From assembly GCF_009914755.1 (NCBI RefSeq), contig NC_060930.1: DNA of 64,000 nt, one strand, 5' to 3'. Source of the DNA: the human T2T-CHM13v2.0 reference genome, Homo sapiens. A program made the translations under genes and the position numbers. The notes below the pieces were generated by a model. The model was not told the DNA's origin. It worked only from the letters and a program-made list of their open reading frames with translations, and searched no databases. Below are positions 60,568 to 64,000 of this stretch, piece after piece; the first letter of the stretch is position 1, and the number at the start of each line of letters is the position of its first letter.

Positions 60568-63420
60568 TTGCCTCAGAAGCCTCCTGGACCATCACAGATG
60601 CTTTGGGTAATTCTTACAGTGGAGGGTAAGTCGGTCCCCTTCTTAATCAATATGGAGGCTACCAACTCCACATTACCTTTTTTTCAAGGGCCTGTTACAC
60701 TTGCCTCCATAACTGTTGTAGGTATTGATGGCCAGGCTTCTAAACCTCTTAAAACTCCCCAACTCTGGTGCCAACTTGGACAACATTCTTTTATGCACTC
60801 CTTTTTAGTTATCCCCACCTGCCCAGCTCCCTTATTAGGTTGAGACATTTTAACTAAATTATCTGCTTCCCTGACTATTCCTAGGCTACAGCCACACCTC
60901 ATTGCTGCCCTTTTCCCCAGTTCAAAGCCTCCTTCACATCCTCCCCTTGTATCTCCCCACCTTAATCCCACAAGTATGGGACACCTCTACTCCTCCTTGG
61001 GGACTGATCATGCAACCTTACCATCCCATTAAAACCTAATCACACTTATCTTGCTCAACGCCAATATCCCATCCCACAGCATGCTTTAAAAGGATTAAAG
61101 CCCATTATCACTCACCTGTTACAGCATGGCCTTTTACAGCCTATAAACTCTCCTGACAATTCTCCCATTTTACCTGTCCAAAAACTGGACAAGTCTTACA
61201 GGTTAGTTCAGGATCTGTGCCTTATCAACCAAATTGTTTGGCCTATCCACCCTGTGGTGCCCAACCCATACACTATTTTGTCCTCAATACCTTCCTCCAC
61301 AACTCACTATTCTGTTCTTGACATTAAAGATGGTTTTTTCACTATTCCCCTGCACCCCTCATCCCAGCCTGTTTTTGCTTTTACCTGGACTGACCCTGAC
61401 ACCCATTAGTCCCAGCAGCTTACCTGGGCTGTACTGCCGCAAGGCTTCAGGGACAGTCCTCATTACTTCAGTAAAGCCCTTTCTCATGATTTACTTTCTT
61501 TCCATCCATCTGCTTCTCACCTAATTAAATATTTTGACAACCTTCTACTTTATAGCCCCTCCTACAAATCTTCCCAACAGGACACCCTCCTGCTCCTCCA
61601 ACATCTGTTCTCAGAAGGATATCGTGTATCCCCCTCCAAAGCCCAAATTTCTTCCTCATCTGTTACGTATCTTGGCATAATTCTTCATAAAAACAAATGT
61701 GCTCTCCCTGCTAATCATGTCTGGCTAAACTCCAAAACCCCAACCCTTTCTACAAAACAACAACTCCTTTCCTTCCTGGACATGGTTAGGTACTTCTGCC
61801 TTTAAATACATAGTTTTACCATCCTGGCTAAACCATTATATAAACTCACAAAAGAAAACCTAGCTGACCCCATAAATCCTAAATTCTTTCCCCACTCCCC
61901 TTTCCATTCCTTAAAAAGCCCTAAAAACTGCTCCCATACTAGCTCTCCCTAACTCATCTCAACTCTTTTCATTACACACAGCTGAAATACAGGGCTGTGC
62001 AATCAGAATTCTTACACAAGAGCTGGGACCATGCCCTGTAGCCTTTCTGTCCAAACAACTTGGCCTTACTGTTTTAGCGTAGCCCTCATGTCTGTGTGTG
62101 GTGGCTGCCACTGCCCTAATACTTTTAGAGGCCCTCAAAATCACAAACTATGCTCAACTGACTCTCTACAGTTTTCATAACTTCCAAAATCTGTTTTCTT
62201 CCTCACACCTGATGCATATACTTTCTGCTCCCTGGTTCATTTAGCCATACTCACTCTTTGTTGAGTCTCCCACAATTACCATTGTTCCTGGTCCAGACTT
62301 CAATCCAGCTTTCCACATTATTCTGGATACGACAACTGACCCCTGTGACTGTATATCTCTGATCCACCTGACATTCACTCCATTTCCCCATATTTCCTTC
62401 TTTCCTTTTCCTCACCCTGATCACATTTGGTTTATCAGTGGCAGTTCCACCAGGCCTAATCACCACTCACCAGCAAAGGCAGGCTATGCTATAGTATCTT
62501 CCACATCTATCATTGAGGCTACCATTTTGCCCCCCTCCACTACCTCTCAGCAAGCTGAACTCATTGCCTTAGCTCAGGCCCTCACTCTTGCAAAGGGACG
62601 AGGCATCAATATTTATACTGACTCTTAACATGCCTTCCATATCCTGCACCACCATGCTGTTATATGGGCAGAAAGAAATTTCCTCACTATGTAAGGGTCC
62701 CCCATCATTAATGCCTCTTTAATAAAAACTCTTCTCAAGGCCGCTTTACTTCCAAAGGAAGTGGGAGTCATTCACTGCAAGGGCCATCAAAAGGCATCAG
62801 ATGCCATCATTCAGGGTAACGCTTATGCTGATAAGGTAGCTAAAAAAGCAGTTAGAGTTCCAACTTCTATTCCTCACGGCAGTTGTTCTTCTCATCAGTC
62901 ACTCCTGCCTACTCCCCGCTGAAACTTCCACCTATCAATCTCTTCCCACAGAAAGCAAATGGTTCTTGGACCAAGGAAAATATCTCCTTCCCACCTCACA
63001 GGCCTATTCTATTCTGTTGTCATTTCATAACCTCTTCCATGTAGGTTACAATCCGCTAGCCCAACTCTTAGAACCTCTCATTTCCTTTCCATCACGGAAA
63101 TCTGTCCTCAAGGAAATAACTTCTCAGTGTTCTGTCTGCTATTCTACTACTCCTCAGGGATTGTTCAGGCCCCCTCTCTTCCCTACACATCAAGCTTGGG
63201 GATTTGCCCCTGTGAAGGACTGGCAAATTGACTTTACTCACATGTCCTGAGTCAGAAAACTAAAATATCTCTTGGTCTGGGTAGACACTTTCACTGAATG
63301 AGTAGAGGCCTTTCCCACAGGGTCTGAGAAGGCCAGCACAGTCATTTCTTCCCTTCTGTCAAACATAATTCCTTAGTTTGGCCTTCCCACCTCTATACAC
63401 TCCAATAACAGACCAGCCTT
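60568..63420 (+). pseudogene. pol: HERV-H pro-pol, disrupted
   Basis: Protease active site mutated (LINMEAT); RT motifs LPQGFRDSP (61434-61460) and YFDN (61530-61541); integrase motifs HNLFH, CSVC and WQIDFTHM; many stops and frameshifts. Confidence 0.9.
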
Positions 63421-63631
63421 CATCCCTATCTTCTGTCTAATCATACTCTTATTCACCATTCTCAACTACTTGTAAATGCCCTGCCCTTGTTTACACTGCC
63501 GGTTTACACTTTTCCTCCAAACCACCATAACTGATATCTCCTGGTTTTACCTCAAACTGCCACCCATAAGTCTCTCTTAAAGTGGATTAAAGATCTTCAG
63601 TGGCAAGGTACACTTCAATACTTTCACCCTG

Positions 63632-64000
63632 ATGAAGTCCTATTCTTTACTTTTATATTCACTCTTATTCTCGTTCCCATTCTTATGCCACCCTCTACCT
63701 CTCCCCAGCTATCTCCACTACACTATCAATCTCACTCGCTCTCTTCTAGCTGTTTCTAATCCTTCTTTAACAAACAATTGCTGGCTTTGCATTTCTCTTT
63801 CCTCCAAAATCACTGAGGCCTTGACTTACTGCTTAAAAAAAGAGGACTCTGTATTATGATGTTTAAATGAAGAGTTTTGTTTTTGCCTAAATCAATCTGG
63901 CCTGGTATATGACAACATAAAAAAAAACTCAAGGATACAGCCCAAAAAACTCACCAACCAAACAAGTAATTACGCTGAACCCCCTTGGGTGCTCTCTAAT
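63632..64000 (+). pseudogene. env: HERV-H env remnant with a large SU deletion
   Basis: Hydrophobic leader, CWLC at 63779-63790, then directly the TM immunosuppressive-domain-like LQNH*GLDLL. Confidence 0.85.

Larger units (their letters stand above)
58793..64000 (+). mobile_element. HERV-H internal region (defective gag-pro-pol and deleted env), continuing beyond the window
   Basis: His PBS, pyrimidine-rich leader, and gag, pro, RT, RNase H, IN and env motifs in order. Confidence 0.96.

Overview
This is primate (human-like), AT-rich, non-coding genomic DNA dominated by interspersed repeats: about 13 Alus, L1 fragments of many ages, a near-complete Tigger1, a full-length Tigger2, MaLR/ERV solo LTRs and MIR/L2 relics. 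A deleted HERV-H provirus runs off the right edge. I found no recognisable intact protein-coding gene, RNA gene or CRISPR array, and no new gene system. Almost all ORFs in the track are decayed transposon frames or chance ORFs. The most notable signal is a tail-to-tail pair of L1PA elements (42121-43151 and 48871-49786, about 5.7 kb apart). They inserted independently and carry different subfamily diagnostics, yet share non-consensus mutations, which points to gene conversion or inversion toggling. Other highlights are a twin-primed L1 whose target site was re-used by an Alu, a perfect 70-bp compound-microsatellite palindrome, a HERV-H inserted into an Alu TSD with a perfect splice donor, and a few candidate regulatory or exonic islands. 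Repeat subfamily names and consensus comparisons come from memory and need RepeatMasker/Dfam confirmation.
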